Assembly: GCA_051362555.1 (NCBI GenBank)
Contig: CM120641.1
Coordinates: forward strand, 1,364,001 to 1,428,000
Direction of reading: 5' to 3'
DNA length: 64,000 nt
From: Lingula anatina
Taxonomy: Eukaryota; Animalia; Brachiopoda
A program made the position numbers and the translations under genes. Positions within the stretch are counted from its first letter, which is position 1; every line of letters starts with the position of its first letter. The notes below the pieces were generated by a model. The model had not been told where the DNA came from. It worked only from the letters and a program-made list of their open reading frames with translations, and made no database searches. Below, one piece after another: positions 12,538 to 23,883 of this stretch.

Positions 12538-12901
12538 CTGCTTCGATACGTCTAGGACTTCCTTGCAATACCTTGTTACTATTCTATATGTCTATTAAGT
12601 ATTAAGTGACTTTGGTCAAAATCCTGTAATCGAGGGAAGCAATGGCTAAAACCTCCCTTCAAGCATTGGCCTAGGTCATGTTTGAGGTCTACTATGGTAT
12701 AAAAGTGCATTTGATTCTGGTTCCTTTTTAATATATCCAACCATGTTTTTATTTTTGACCTTAATGATAATTGGTAAGTAGAAAAGATTTATATTCATAG
12801 GCTGGTATAGGACTTTGGAAAGGGTGGGGTCCAACCTCCAGGAATTAGAATAATATTACCTAAAAGAGGTCCTCACTTGAACAAATTAGAGAAGCCATTC
12901 A

Positions 12902-13145
12902 TTTTTACCTCTGCCAGGGAGGTTATGTTTTTACCCCTGTTTGTCTGTTTGTCTGTCTGACTGTCATCAACATAACTCAAAAAGTTATGGACCGATTTTG
13001 ATGAAACTTTCAGGAACTATCAGAAGTGGGCCAAGGAACAGATGATTAGTTTTTGGTGGTGATTCGGATCAATAACCAATAATCAATAATAGTCAAAATT
13101 TGCTGACTTGGCGAAGGTCTGAGCTCTAAGAGTGTTTTTATAGTT
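12902..13145 (+). mobile_element. Helentron-associated non-autonomous element (HINE/DINE-1-like), short complete copy
   Basis: 5' T-run plus subTIR ACCTCTGCCA with adjacent GGAGGT inverted repeat, (GTCT/GTTT)n microsatellite, core, 3' subTIR TTGGCGAAGGT, hairpin (GCTCT-A-AGAGT), terminal TAGTT. Confidence 0.8.
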
Positions 13146-13170
13146 GAAGATGTGATCGTCAGCATCCACC

Positions 13171-13810
13171 AGTATCGGATGGCCTAGTGTTAGAGTGCCT
13201 GTCTACGAAATTGGAGAACATGGGTTCGACTCCGTCTTTCAAGGCAAAACAAAATAACACAGTATGACACAATGATACAATAAGTCATCTGGCAAGATGG
13301 TCAAATAATAACCTTCTTTATGAAAGAAACGTGTAATAATTCAGGTAGTAATATTAATAGCATAGCCAGTGAGTCATGTAGCTTATCTTTCATCTGTGTA
13401 AATTCATCACGTTTTACTGCCTGTATATACCAACTTTTTACATGTCTCATTACGCTACTTATGTATTTGTTTGGTCATATAAACTTTTGTAAAAATGGGC
13501 CAGCGCGTATAAAGATTACTATTTTTAATATCATAAACGATACCTGTTGTGCTTGGCACCCAGCACTTAGGGGTTGAAGCAGGGATAAAGCTCCTGGTCT
13601 GGCAGAGAAAGATATTTTCGTTTGCTAGCTTTCAGCGTTTCGTACAGCATGCTGGGCTGTAACCTCCCCAGGGAGACAGTAGCGTCGACACCCAAATTGT
13701 ATCAGGGCCAAAATGACCAGGCGTCCGTAAACTGCGCTGATACGCGTCAGTGGTGCGGTATACATGTATAAGAAGTGAACTCTCCTTTTTTTATTTATTA
13801 TATTGTATTA
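13171..13810 (+). mobile_element. tRNA-derived SINE (degenerate, probably interrupted)
   Basis: Pol III A box TGGCCTAGTG (13180) and B box GGTTCGACTCC (13223). SINE-like body GCTTGGCACCCAGCACTTA.. at about 13550-13780, ending in a TTA-rich tail. Confidence 0.55.
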
Positions 13811-14574
13811 ATTATATGTATTTGCTTAATTCAATAAATTTCATGTCTTCCCGAAATGCGTCATATTGCCAAAAATATCCAGGTTTAACGATTAGGAGTT
13901 AAATGTGTTTACCAGCTAAACCCGTTGAAAAAATGAGATAAATCAGGCGTTACATGAGATACATGTATACCCAAGTTTCAGAGCAGTTTGACGGAACCTC
14001 GTTTTGTTATTATTATTTTCTATTATCAAAGATGGAGTTTGCAGCACACAGCCTGCCGGCTGGAAATAAATAATGCGCTGTTCAAAGCGTGAGTGGGTAA
14101 ACCTTTCTTCATTTCAGGGAACGTGGGCCTTCTCTGTATTAAGATTAATAAAACAAAAGTACAGTAAATGTGTCCTTGCTCAGTTGATGCGTTCACAATT
14201 GCAAAACATATCAGCGGTGACCTTGGCTTGTAGTCAAGGTCACAGAGAGGTTAATGCAATTAATATGAAATCCATTTAATAATTAGGCTTACTCAGAAAA
14301 TTAGGGAGAATATGAGGGAAAAGCAGGTAAAGTACTTCGCTAATCACCGATTAGAATATCACCATGATGATCTGTCTTATTTCGTACTTAGCACTGACAA
14401 GCGAACTATACTTTTATTACCCTTTTAACACAATAACACTGGTTTTTTATAGTATAGTGAGTAAATCATAATATGTTACTTTGCTGACTGTCATTGTATT
14501 ACTCAAACTGCGTGATAAAAAGAGTCGAAGGGAGCGAAATCTCCCAAAGACGTCAAGAAAGGTTTATTTACATT

Positions 14575-14770
14575 AGGGGATACCGGGGCCACTTAGACCC
14601 CGGTGGTAAGCTGGCCCCTCGTCAATTTACGAAAAATTACCTACAAGGTACAATATCTGATCACATAATCTTGTAAAGTGATAGAGTTGGTGCTCTAGCT
14701 TACACTCATTTGGTTCCACTAAGCCAAAAGTGTCTACATGTAACTGGACCAACTAGCCCCGGTCTCTCCT
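14575..14770. mobile_element. Degenerate MITE (Tc1/mariner-pogo-like ends)
   Basis: AGGGGATACCGGGGCCACTTAGACC versus the reverse complement of GGACCAACTAGCCCCGGTCTCTCCT; imperfect TIR of about 25 bp. Confidence 0.55.
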
Positions 14771-15422
14771 GATATATTTTAATAAGCCATAGGCCAAAAA
14801 TGTAAAGCCAAAATTGTCATATAAAATATTCCCGCTATTTGCAAGTTCGCCTAATTTACCTAATGTATTTGAATAACAGACCGAACCTGGTATATGTTTG
14901 CTTAGCTTGAAATTGCCCTGCGTAAATAAAGAACGGAGGAACTGTACCAGGTAATTGTCACTGGAGAATGCTCCTCACCACCGGTTGCTCATTACTCGCT
15001 ACCGCAGTATAGAGAGAGCATGGACAGAACTAGGTTAATGAAAATTGTCCATTTATCTTATGTAATAGCTCTTGTATAAAACATGAAAATGGATGATTTG
15101 CTTCTGTGCATTGTCGAATGCTGATACTTGCGATTTTAATGTTTCATTCTTATCTAACTTTTATCATTCTTGATTTATTAATTAATTAATGGAACGTCAT
15201 AAGAATCTAATCGGTCTTTTCTGACATATCCTGACAATTTCATAAAAATTCGTCCATAACTTATGATGGCAAATGTATTATCTTAACATATTACTTATTA
15301 GGTGACATGATACATATATACTGTAGATACGAAAGCAATAGGATGAATATAAAACATCCTGACACACATATCATTACAATAATGATCTATTTCTTTACAT
15401 ATATCAGGACGTAGGAAAAACA

Positions 15423-15594
15423 CCGGTGTGACAGGAAGGGTTGCCCGCTAGGTACCGTAGTCCGCTACCCATTACTTTGCACAGGTGACATTCGTCCCAT
15501 ATACTAACCCCAATACTCCAACTAACCCTTACCTGCACTAACCATATGGGACCCCGGACTTCCATTCCTGGGCCTTCCATCCCTGTCACACCGG
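15423..15594. mobile_element. MITE with perfect 13-bp TIR and internal CTAACCC motifs
   Basis: CCGGTGTGACAGG .. CCTGTCACACCGG; interior has ACTAACCC repeats. Confidence 0.75.
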
Positions 15595-18155
15595 CTTCAA
15601 CATTATCTTGATAAGTCAAGGCGCTTAAGAGAAGTAATTCTTAGGGAAATTTAATGTAAACTGCAATGACAGTGCGCTTTATGTTTCACCTGTAGCAATG
15701 CAAACTCTTGACCGGGGTGGGAGGATGGCGGCATACCCGTCATCGCAACATCTTCGCAACTAACGCAATGCACGCGGCACAACGCAATACTCCAAATGCT
15801 TCAAACACTACACTGCTTATTGGAATTTAATGGCTTAATTCAAATAACCAAGAACCGTTAAGGCTCATGAATATATTTTAAAGAAATCGCTTCAACGATC
15901 AAAATCTCCTGGGACCATTATTATCAATAAAAATGCACCTTGTTCTCCGAAATATGTTTTATTCAACGGGAACTCTTTTCTCCTTAGGCTGCGTGTTAAG
16001 TACGGGATCTCCGCCGACTTTTCAATTAACAGAGAGGACAAGAGGGAGTGAAGTATTGAGATCTATGGAGGCGAAAACCAATTTGAAGTGTGATAAATGT
16101 TGCAGTCATTACCGGATGATAACTGTTTCAATACAATCCATAGGATGAAGGCAAAAGCACGCAAGTGAACTCGATTCCTCGACTGTTGAAGCGATAACTG
16201 TCTACATAAGCGCCCTGCACAAAAGCCCCGTTTTCACGGCAAAGAGGCGAGTTGTGACGCTCAGTATCAATTGAAACGGCATTTATAATTTGGGGTTTTG
16301 AAAAATTCGAATACACTGAGCTGTAATGGAGGTATATATAGTAAGTAATTCTTGTAACAACAATAGCCTCTCCTTTGTAACTGAACCTACAAGTATGTAC
16401 CACGAGTAAGTCAGGACTCCCTATCAGAACCAATTCTTGGTTTCCGCCTTCGTTATTAGAAGAACACGCCCACTTAGCCCCCCCCCCCCCCCCCCCCTCT
16501 TACCCAATCTTGTACATCTGATAAATTATTGTGATAAATTATTGTAACAATTAAAGAAAGCCAATTAATTGTCTTAACATATTGTTATTCTGAAAATCCA
16601 TGCTGCTGATAGATCGGAATACTCTAACACTATCGCACAACTTTGACACCAAAATTAAGTATTAAGTTAAATGTCAACCGTGTACGCTACTTCCACTTGC
16701 TGTTGTGATTAGCCATTGAAAGCAATTGAACGTTAGATATCCATTATCCAAACTCAACATAACAAGCCAAAGCATTCAAAGTTACGCAATTCAGAATCGT
16801 TGATCATTATTATTGTTGTCAACAAGTAAATGTTGTAGGGTTACTGGCATGTTTCATCTCTTTAATCTTAAAAATATTTCAGATTGAAGAATTCAACTTT
16901 AGAACAAGGAAGAAAAGTTGAGTTGTATGTGATGTACGTGTGCCTTGGTAAGACGTAATTACAACACATAATATGTAGTGGCTCAAATACAGCCACCAAC
17001 CACTGTTGGTGAACAGTTTTTACCTGTTTTTACACCTTTCGCTAATTATAGGTTCAAAATCAGATCGCCAGCCGACCATATTACAATTTCTTTCAACCTA
17101 ATCTGGTTGTATGTCGACGTCATTTGTACCATTTCCAGTATAAGCTACTCCAGTTGTGAACTCAACTTGCAGATTCTTCGGTTGAAAAATACAGTGCGAC
17201 AGCCAAGGCGTATCTCTTTAGTGAACTACTTCTAATGTTTGTCTAATGAACGTTCCGTGCAGTCAACACACAGTCATAAATATATATACATCTTGACAAA
17301 ATGTAGTGCATATGATGTACAGTCATGGCAAAAGAATATATGATCAACACATATTCACATATGTAACGTTATCAAAATCAATCAAATCAAATTATCTACA
17401 GTTTACCTTTGTTTGTTTTGTTTGGAAATTCCCCATATAATATTCACCCGTAAACACACAGTTCTGACATATTCGGTACCTTTGGTAGCTACAAGTCGGA
17501 TGTCTAATTATGTATCAACATTAAAGAAGTGTTTTGCAGTCTTAATTATATATCACCGGTAGCCCCATCTTAAATGTTTGAACGTAAGGGACGGTTTTGT
17601 CTTTCTCCATTCTACTCGTCGTTAAAACACCAGAGATCTTTTCATCGACGTCAAATGCAACTTCTGATTTATTTATTTATTTATTCGCCTTTTTATTTAT
17701 TTGCTTAAAATGTGGCTCTTAGTCGAACTACAGAATTGCAACATGTAACGTATAGAAAATGACCGCTAAACTTGCAGGCTTTTTTATTGCTGTTCATTAA
17801 AAAGAGGACATCCGCAGTAATAAATCTTATTATAGAAATATAGAAAAATGATTTATCTCCACTTATAGACCATTCTTTTGTCAGTATTTGTCCTTTCCGT
17901 CAATTTTCGTCCTCGCTACGTCAATAAAGGGAGACACAAAAGGCGTCAACCCTCCAGTGCACAATGAAGAAGTCATTATTTATAAACGGAGTTTTAACAG
18001 AGCCCCCTTTTGACATGAACACTTTTTAAGTTACATGTTGCAATGCTTCTGCATGGCGCGTCTCTAAAAGCACGCTGCAGTGATTTTTAGGTAAAAACTA
18101 TCTAGCTAAAGATACTTCATCACAAGATCCCCCTCCCAAAGTATGCGATTCAACG

Positions 18156-18518
18156 TCATACTGCCTGCTCGCTGACTCGTCCATTAGATGGTAGCAGCTT
18201 GACTATAACGTCTGGTTCGCTTTCTTTATCTCTGCGCGCATTGTAGCCATTTTGTTTGTAAGAGGATGACTGGGACCTGCGCGATGACGACGAGGAGGAT
18301 AAAGAGGCCTTCTGGGCCCGTAACATACTTTCTTTTGTTGAGTCCTGGCTCAGGGATTGGCAACTGTTTTTCCGACTTTCCTTGCTCATTTGTCGGCTAA
18401 ATTTGTCAGTGAATTTCATGCTTGCTTGCATCATGTATCCCAGCTTGTACTTTTTCTTACAACATGGCGACCACTGGCAACACGGCATCACCCGGAGCAC
18501 TAAATCCTGGAAATCGGC
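18156..18518 (-). CDS. Neuropeptide GPCR (tachykinin/leucokinin/luqin-RYamide/GPR83-like), coding exon 3 (helix 8 and C-tail)
   Basis: Acceptor CATCATTTCCAG then ADFQDLVLRVMPCCQWSPCCKKK..; Ser-rich tail ending SEQAV then TGA. Phase 0 join to exon 2 (NDSFQ|ADFQ). Confidence 0.85.
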   Translation of the reverse strand, partial: ADFQDLVLRVMPCCQWSPCCKKKYKLGYMMQASMKFTDKFSRQMSKESRKNSCQSLSQDSTKESMLRAQKASLSSSSSSRRSQSSSYKQNGYNARRDKESEPDVIVKLLPSNGRVSEQAV

Positions 18519-20112
18519 CTGGAAATGATGAGTGATAAATCTTACTACATGAAATGTGATATGAAGTCATTAATTGACAGACCGTTAAAGGAATTTCGAC
18601 GGAATTGCATTAGTTCCGTCAAAAACATAAAAACCTTTCTTGAAAGTTAAAGTCACTTTAGGCGATTATTTGCTAATTGATAAACATTGTACAAATTTAG
18701 CATCTTCAAAACGATTAACTGTCAATTATTCTATAAAATGGCAGTGAAGTCTTAATCCTTTCAAAACCATATCAGAAAATAAATTGGATAGCACACAAGA
18801 CAAAAAGTTCCTAACTATCGATTAGTATTTAGACGCCCAGAATACAGATACGGGAAACAATGTCATTTTATGGTCGCATAGGTTAATACATGTAAATATT
18901 CATATGTCATAACATCCAAATATGTAAAAATAAATTTAGCAATTTTTTTAATCCTGCATTTTATTTTTCATTTAATAAACACACAGCCAAGGATCCGATA
19001 TTACTCAATCACATTGTTTGGTGTGAAAAAGGCCAATCTTTCACATATGTGACTATCACACAGGTAACAAGGGATTGAGTAACTTGGTACGCATATTGGC
19101 ATATGTGTTGATCCATGTTTTGGAATATTCCATCATTAAAAACAGATTATACCAGGTCTCTTTCAGCATTACTCCACTCGTTCGGTTTAGATTAAAGAAG
19201 AAAATTAACCAAAACCATCCCTATTTCCGATGGTTTCCCTCTCTGTGATTTCCGCCACCGTTTCAGTTATTAAAAACAGTACTAGGCACACACTGACGTT
19301 TACAATTGTCTCTGAAATACAGCCAGGGTTACCGAAACAGGATATTTAAAGTCATATAACAAAATAATAACGGAACTGACTGTTTTGCCGAAATATTTCC
19401 GAAGGTCATACAGTGCAAGAGCGGATAATAAAACAGCTGACACGAATGGACGATCAGAATACCCTTTAACGAAACCCAAAGACAAATTGCGATTTTATAG
19501 TCCCGCCCTTTAAACCTAATTATTTTTTCTAAAGCAAGGAAGCCTACTTAATCGCCCCCAAGCGGCCTCCGAGGAAATAGATTTCACCTAACAAGGCCAT
19601 GTCTCTTGGGAGGCACGTAAGCTTTATCATTAAAATACATTAGTTTTGGGTGAAAATGTCGTCAGTTGAGCGCTGATATTCTATCAGGGCTATTGACGTA
19701 CTTTGCTGTTTCGGTCTAGGAACTATCGTTATAATTTGGTTGTTGAGAGGACTGCGATAAAGCTTATTACTGAGTGCACTGATTGCGTTCATGGCTTTTA
19801 TTAGGTTTGCAGCGTTTGTCTGACCTATTGGTGCTGATTATCGTTTCTCGTAATGAAAAATCTTGGAATAAAAAATTAAGGAAACTTTTGGCAAAGCTTA
19901 GCATCTAATAGAGTACTGTAATCAGTAAGCCCAGTCTCCTGTGTTGCTTTTGGGACTTCATTTGTGTAGATTGTGTACATCACTGTAACTTGCAAAATGC
20001 ACACACACACAAAAAAAATCAGATGCAATTTTGTTCTGTCGAGCCCTGACTGTTATCTCCCCCCTCCCCCACCCCACGCCAAAAGGATCGGGGAAAATAT
20101 TCTAAGAGTAAA

Positions 20113-21415
20113 GCTAGAGGATCAGAGAGGCGATACCGCCTCCGGATATTGTACCACCAGTTGGAGTAAGCGCCACCACGACCACCACCACCACCTGTGC
20201 TATGACAAAATTTACTAATTGCAATAAACCAGTTCTCAAAATATGCCAAAAGAAGCGAAAACCTGCATAACCTTTGTAAAAATGGTTTGATCAACCAGTT
20301 TTGGAGACATAACGGACAGAAAACTTGCAAAGTTCAGTTCATGGTAAAAAAAAAAATAGGTCAAAGGTCAATTTCAAGGTCACAGATTGTCAGTATATGA
20401 CTTCCCATTCAAGTTCAATAGTGGCAATGGGTACATCTCTGTCAATTTTTGAGATATAAAGGCACAAAATCTTGCAAAGACAGTTCATGTTGAAAAGTAG
20501 GTCAAAGGTCAATTTTAAGGTCAAATTTAGATTGCCAGTATGTGACTTCCTATTCTAATTAAATAGTTTCAATAGTAACTATGGTCCTATCTCTGGCAGT
20601 TTATAAGGGACTGAAATGTTGCACAGTTCAGTTCATGTTGAAAAATAAGTCAAAGGTCAATTTGAAGGTCACAGTAAGATTGTCAGTGTATGATTTCTTA
20701 TTCAATTTCAATAGTAAATATGGCCCTATCCCTGCCATTTTTGGAGATATAAGGGACTGAAATGTTGCAAAGTACAGTTCACAGTGAAAAGTAGGTCAAA
20801 GGTAAATTTCAAGGTCACAATTAGATTGCAAGTATATGACTTCCCACTCAAATCAGTAGAAACTGTAGGCAAAACTCTGCGAGTTTGGAGGTTTTGGAGG
20901 TATAAGGGATAAAAAATTTGCACAGTTAAGTTCATGGTAAAAAAAAGGTCAAAGGTCAATTTCAAGGTCACAGTAAGGTAGCCAGTATATTACTCCCTAT
21001 TCAAGTTCAATAGTAACTATGGGCATATCTCTGCTAATTTTAGAGTATTTCACATTTTATTTTCACCACTGAATAATGCGACATTGTACTTTTTGATAAA
21101 GTGCAACTCCTAAACTATATCGAAACAAAAAAAGGACACCACCCTCAGTATTGCACTTGACATGTTCTACAAAATGCAAGCAACCATAGGTCTACAGCAT
21201 TTACGGTTTGAGAATTAGGGAGAGTTTTCAGTTTTGCCAATAGATTTTCTAATGGCTGCGTCTCCCGTGAAAATGGACTGATTGACCCCAAACTCTAGAA
21301 AATGAAAGAAGTCCCTAATTGTAACCCCCACTGTAATATGAGAGCTTAGGTCTGTGAAGTTTCTGAAAATTGGTGGTACTAATAACACGCTGGTACACGC
21401 TGGTGGTACTAATAA
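20113..21415 (-). mobile_element. Helentron-like non-autonomous element with internal tandem array of about 147 bp (intron 2 of GPCR2)
   Basis: SubTIRs TATTGTACCACCA (20147) and TGGTGGTACTAATA (21371, 21401). Hairpin GAGGCG-ATAC-CGCCTC (20127-42) next to CTAG. (CAC)n microsatellite. Five units marked by AGGTCAAAGGTCA-type motifs at 20358, 20499, 20647, 20793, 20946. Confidence 0.8.
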
Positions 21416-22751
21416 CAACACAGTACAGTTTTATTTAACCGCCTGAATGTCCACATCATCAGAATAAATGAAGGTCTCATTGAAATAAGGAGCTGTGCTG
21501 CAATAATCCTTAAAGGAGACACACCTTGTAAAACATACAGGCAGACGATTAGTCTCTGAAAGCAATGGCCGCGCTTAATTCACTATATGTTTTCACCATA
21601 AATCTCCTGACGGGTCTCGTGGAGGTTTTCGTCTACACAGGATATTAGAATTAAGCTTTTTCAGAACAATCTGCGTTCGTCTCAGATGACCTTAACGTAC
21701 AATGATTACATTTTAACTCGCCTTAGCGTGATGAACGGTGTAAACGTATACAGATGGATCGAAGAAATTAAGTGTGCCCTCATTAGTTATCACTGTAATG
21801 GTCCCGAGGTGCATTCTACACTGTAATCTTGTATATCGTTTACACTGTATACAGAGTAACATGTCAAATTGGGCGGAGTACTATGTGGGTAACGATCTCT
21901 ACACAAATGAACGGGAACAAGGGAATTGTGAGCCACTTCATTACTTCGTTTCTCGGCCGGGTCGCTGGCCTTTGGGACTGTATGTCGCCAGATATGTGTT
22001 GTCCATCATGTAAACCAAAGCACTGAAATCGTTTTTCAATTTTCCATAAGCCCTTGTAGATATCTGACGGAACAGGGCTTTATAATAGGTACCACGATTT
22101 GGACTAAAATCGAGCGAGTATTCCCGAAATATGGAAGAGAGTGGGGACAGAAATAATGGCAGACTTGCGAGTGCGATGCAGCAACAAATTAAAAGCTGAC
22201 AAAATTCTTCCAGTGGTATTTTTTGGTTGTTTTCTTTAAGTTCTATAGATTTCTTTTTTGTACAACAGTGCATATCCACCATGTTTTGCGTGTTGTTTTT
22301 GGTTGCCTTCTAAGACAACAATTCAGGCGCGATGCGTATCACCGTTATTGCTAAAAGATTACAGCCGCATCTGGTATAAAATACAGCAGGAAAATATGCA
22401 TATTTTAAGGATACGTATACGTGATCCCCTTTTCGTATTTTCACCATCCCCATCTCCCCAAAGATTTACTTCCGGTTTACTTCATAGAAAGGACACTTTT
22501 GCAACTGTATAGCCGTTCAAAGGAAGGGATAGTTTTCGAATTTACTCGTCCCCTCCTCCACTCTTAACAACATGGCCGTTTCTCAGGAAAGAATTTATAA
22601 AGATTATGAGACATTCACATACGTTGGGCAGTTTCTCACTGAAGAAATGGGAAAATAATTCGTAAACTGTTGATGGACGAAGTTTGAAACATCCATTTTG
22701 AAGGGACAGGCAAAACAATCAGCATGGTATCCTTGAGCATATATCACTTAC

Positions 22752-22964
22752 CTGAAAACTGTCGTTTAGAAATCCATAAATAATAGGGTTCTGGAAACTG
22801 TTCGACATTGCCAGCCAGTGCACACAGTAAAAAGAAATGTCCAATATGGGCGCGCTCTCCACAGAGTATAAATAAGGCGCGAAGTCCAAGATCTGAATGA
22901 AGAGATGAAGAGGAAGCCAGCAGATCCCAAACAAGGCTACTATCGTCAGTAACATCTTGATGAC
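22752..22964 (-). CDS. Neuropeptide GPCR (tachykinin/leucokinin/luqin-RYamide/GPR83-like), coding exon 2 (TM6-TM7)
   Basis: Acceptor TTTTCTCTAATCTAG; VIKMLLTIVALFGICWLPLHLF..HWLAMSNSFQNPIIYGFLNDSFQ; donor GTAAGT; 213 nt, phase 0/0. Confidence 0.93.
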
Positions 22965-23669
22965 CTAGATTAGAGAAAACACAATATTGAAAACGTAGGC
23001 TACGTACGTACGCGTGTGTAGTGTGTGTGTGTGTGTAAGGGGGGGGGGGGGCTTGGTTCAAAATACGACGAGTTTGCGATACATTTTCTTAGTTAAGTTT
23101 TCATAGAATTAAAACTCTCATATCTAAGGCAAGCCAACTGTATTCGTTGACAAATAAAAACGGAATTCAAAAATACAAATGTAACCTAAAAATTGAAAAA
23201 AGTGTACAGATTGTGAACCGGACGAAATTTATCCAGTGTAACGTTACAGTGTCTTCCATGATAGAAATTCCGCTTCCATGCATCAGGCTAACCCTCACCA
23301 TTATATCTAAATGGAGAGCGGCCCTTCCGTAACATGGATCTTCAGTTTCGTTACACCGGGATATCCGCCAAGTTGCAATTTTTCTTAATGAACCAACAAT
23401 ATTGCAATAATTTACTTTCGTAAAAATATCAAAATGGCGATCAAAATCCGATAGAACGAAAATATAATAAACAATTTGAATTTGTAACAATAATGAAAGC
23501 AATATTCTGAAATTGGAGCCTATCTTTACAAGGCGGTATTCCTTTTGTCCGAACAGCCAGGGTCCTCTTTTCCTTTACTCTTTTCCCTACTTAGCTAAAG
23601 TAAGGTCTATAGTTGTATTACGAATTATATCTGGCGCTGCTTAGAAGGTTTCCGCTTCTCTGATAGTAA

Positions 23670-23883
23670 GACCCCATTCCCAGAGATTAGATCGATCCAA
23701 CTAGATCGACCTAACTCCCTGGGTGTTCACGCTAAATAGCTGTCAGCCGAGCGGGCACGAAAGTTAATTACCCCCTTACAGCTTGTAGTAGGCGGGACAG
23801 ACATTTAAGCCATATTATCTGACAGTAATCTAGTGAGACTCCCCACGGGGATAGATCGATCTAAAATCTATGGGAATGCGCCC
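23670..23883. mobile_element. PIF/Harbinger-type MITE (intron 1 of GPCR2)
   Basis: Imperfect TIRs GACCCCATTCCCAGAGATTAGATCGATC .. GATCGATCTAAAATCTATGGGAATGCGCCC, with TAA on both flanks. Confidence 0.65.

Larger units (their letters stand above)
10757..12598 (+). pseudogene. Decayed Polinton/Maverick (adintovirus-like) protein-primed DNA polymerase B relic, interrupted by three insertions
   Basis: Manual translation: N-terminal YYNLRRVIVRRMKK / NTDYQLTFSN..DIVQGMLPHDLVRIV (about 10945-11130). C-terminal DTIIYI (11518), MGRYLGDFTDELDEGDHISTFVLGGPKNYAYVTAKGKT (11582-11695). After the MITE, (K)VRG..LNYDTSQIVNYDIL..MVHGIGP. Terminal FDTSR..VTILYVY* (12542-12598) resembles FDKR..TxPYGY*. Contains stops and frameshifts. 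Confidence 0.8.

Noticed and set aside
13171-13240. Functional tRNA gene
   Set aside because: A and B boxes are present but I could not fold an acceptor stem or full cloverleaf; better explained as a SINE head.
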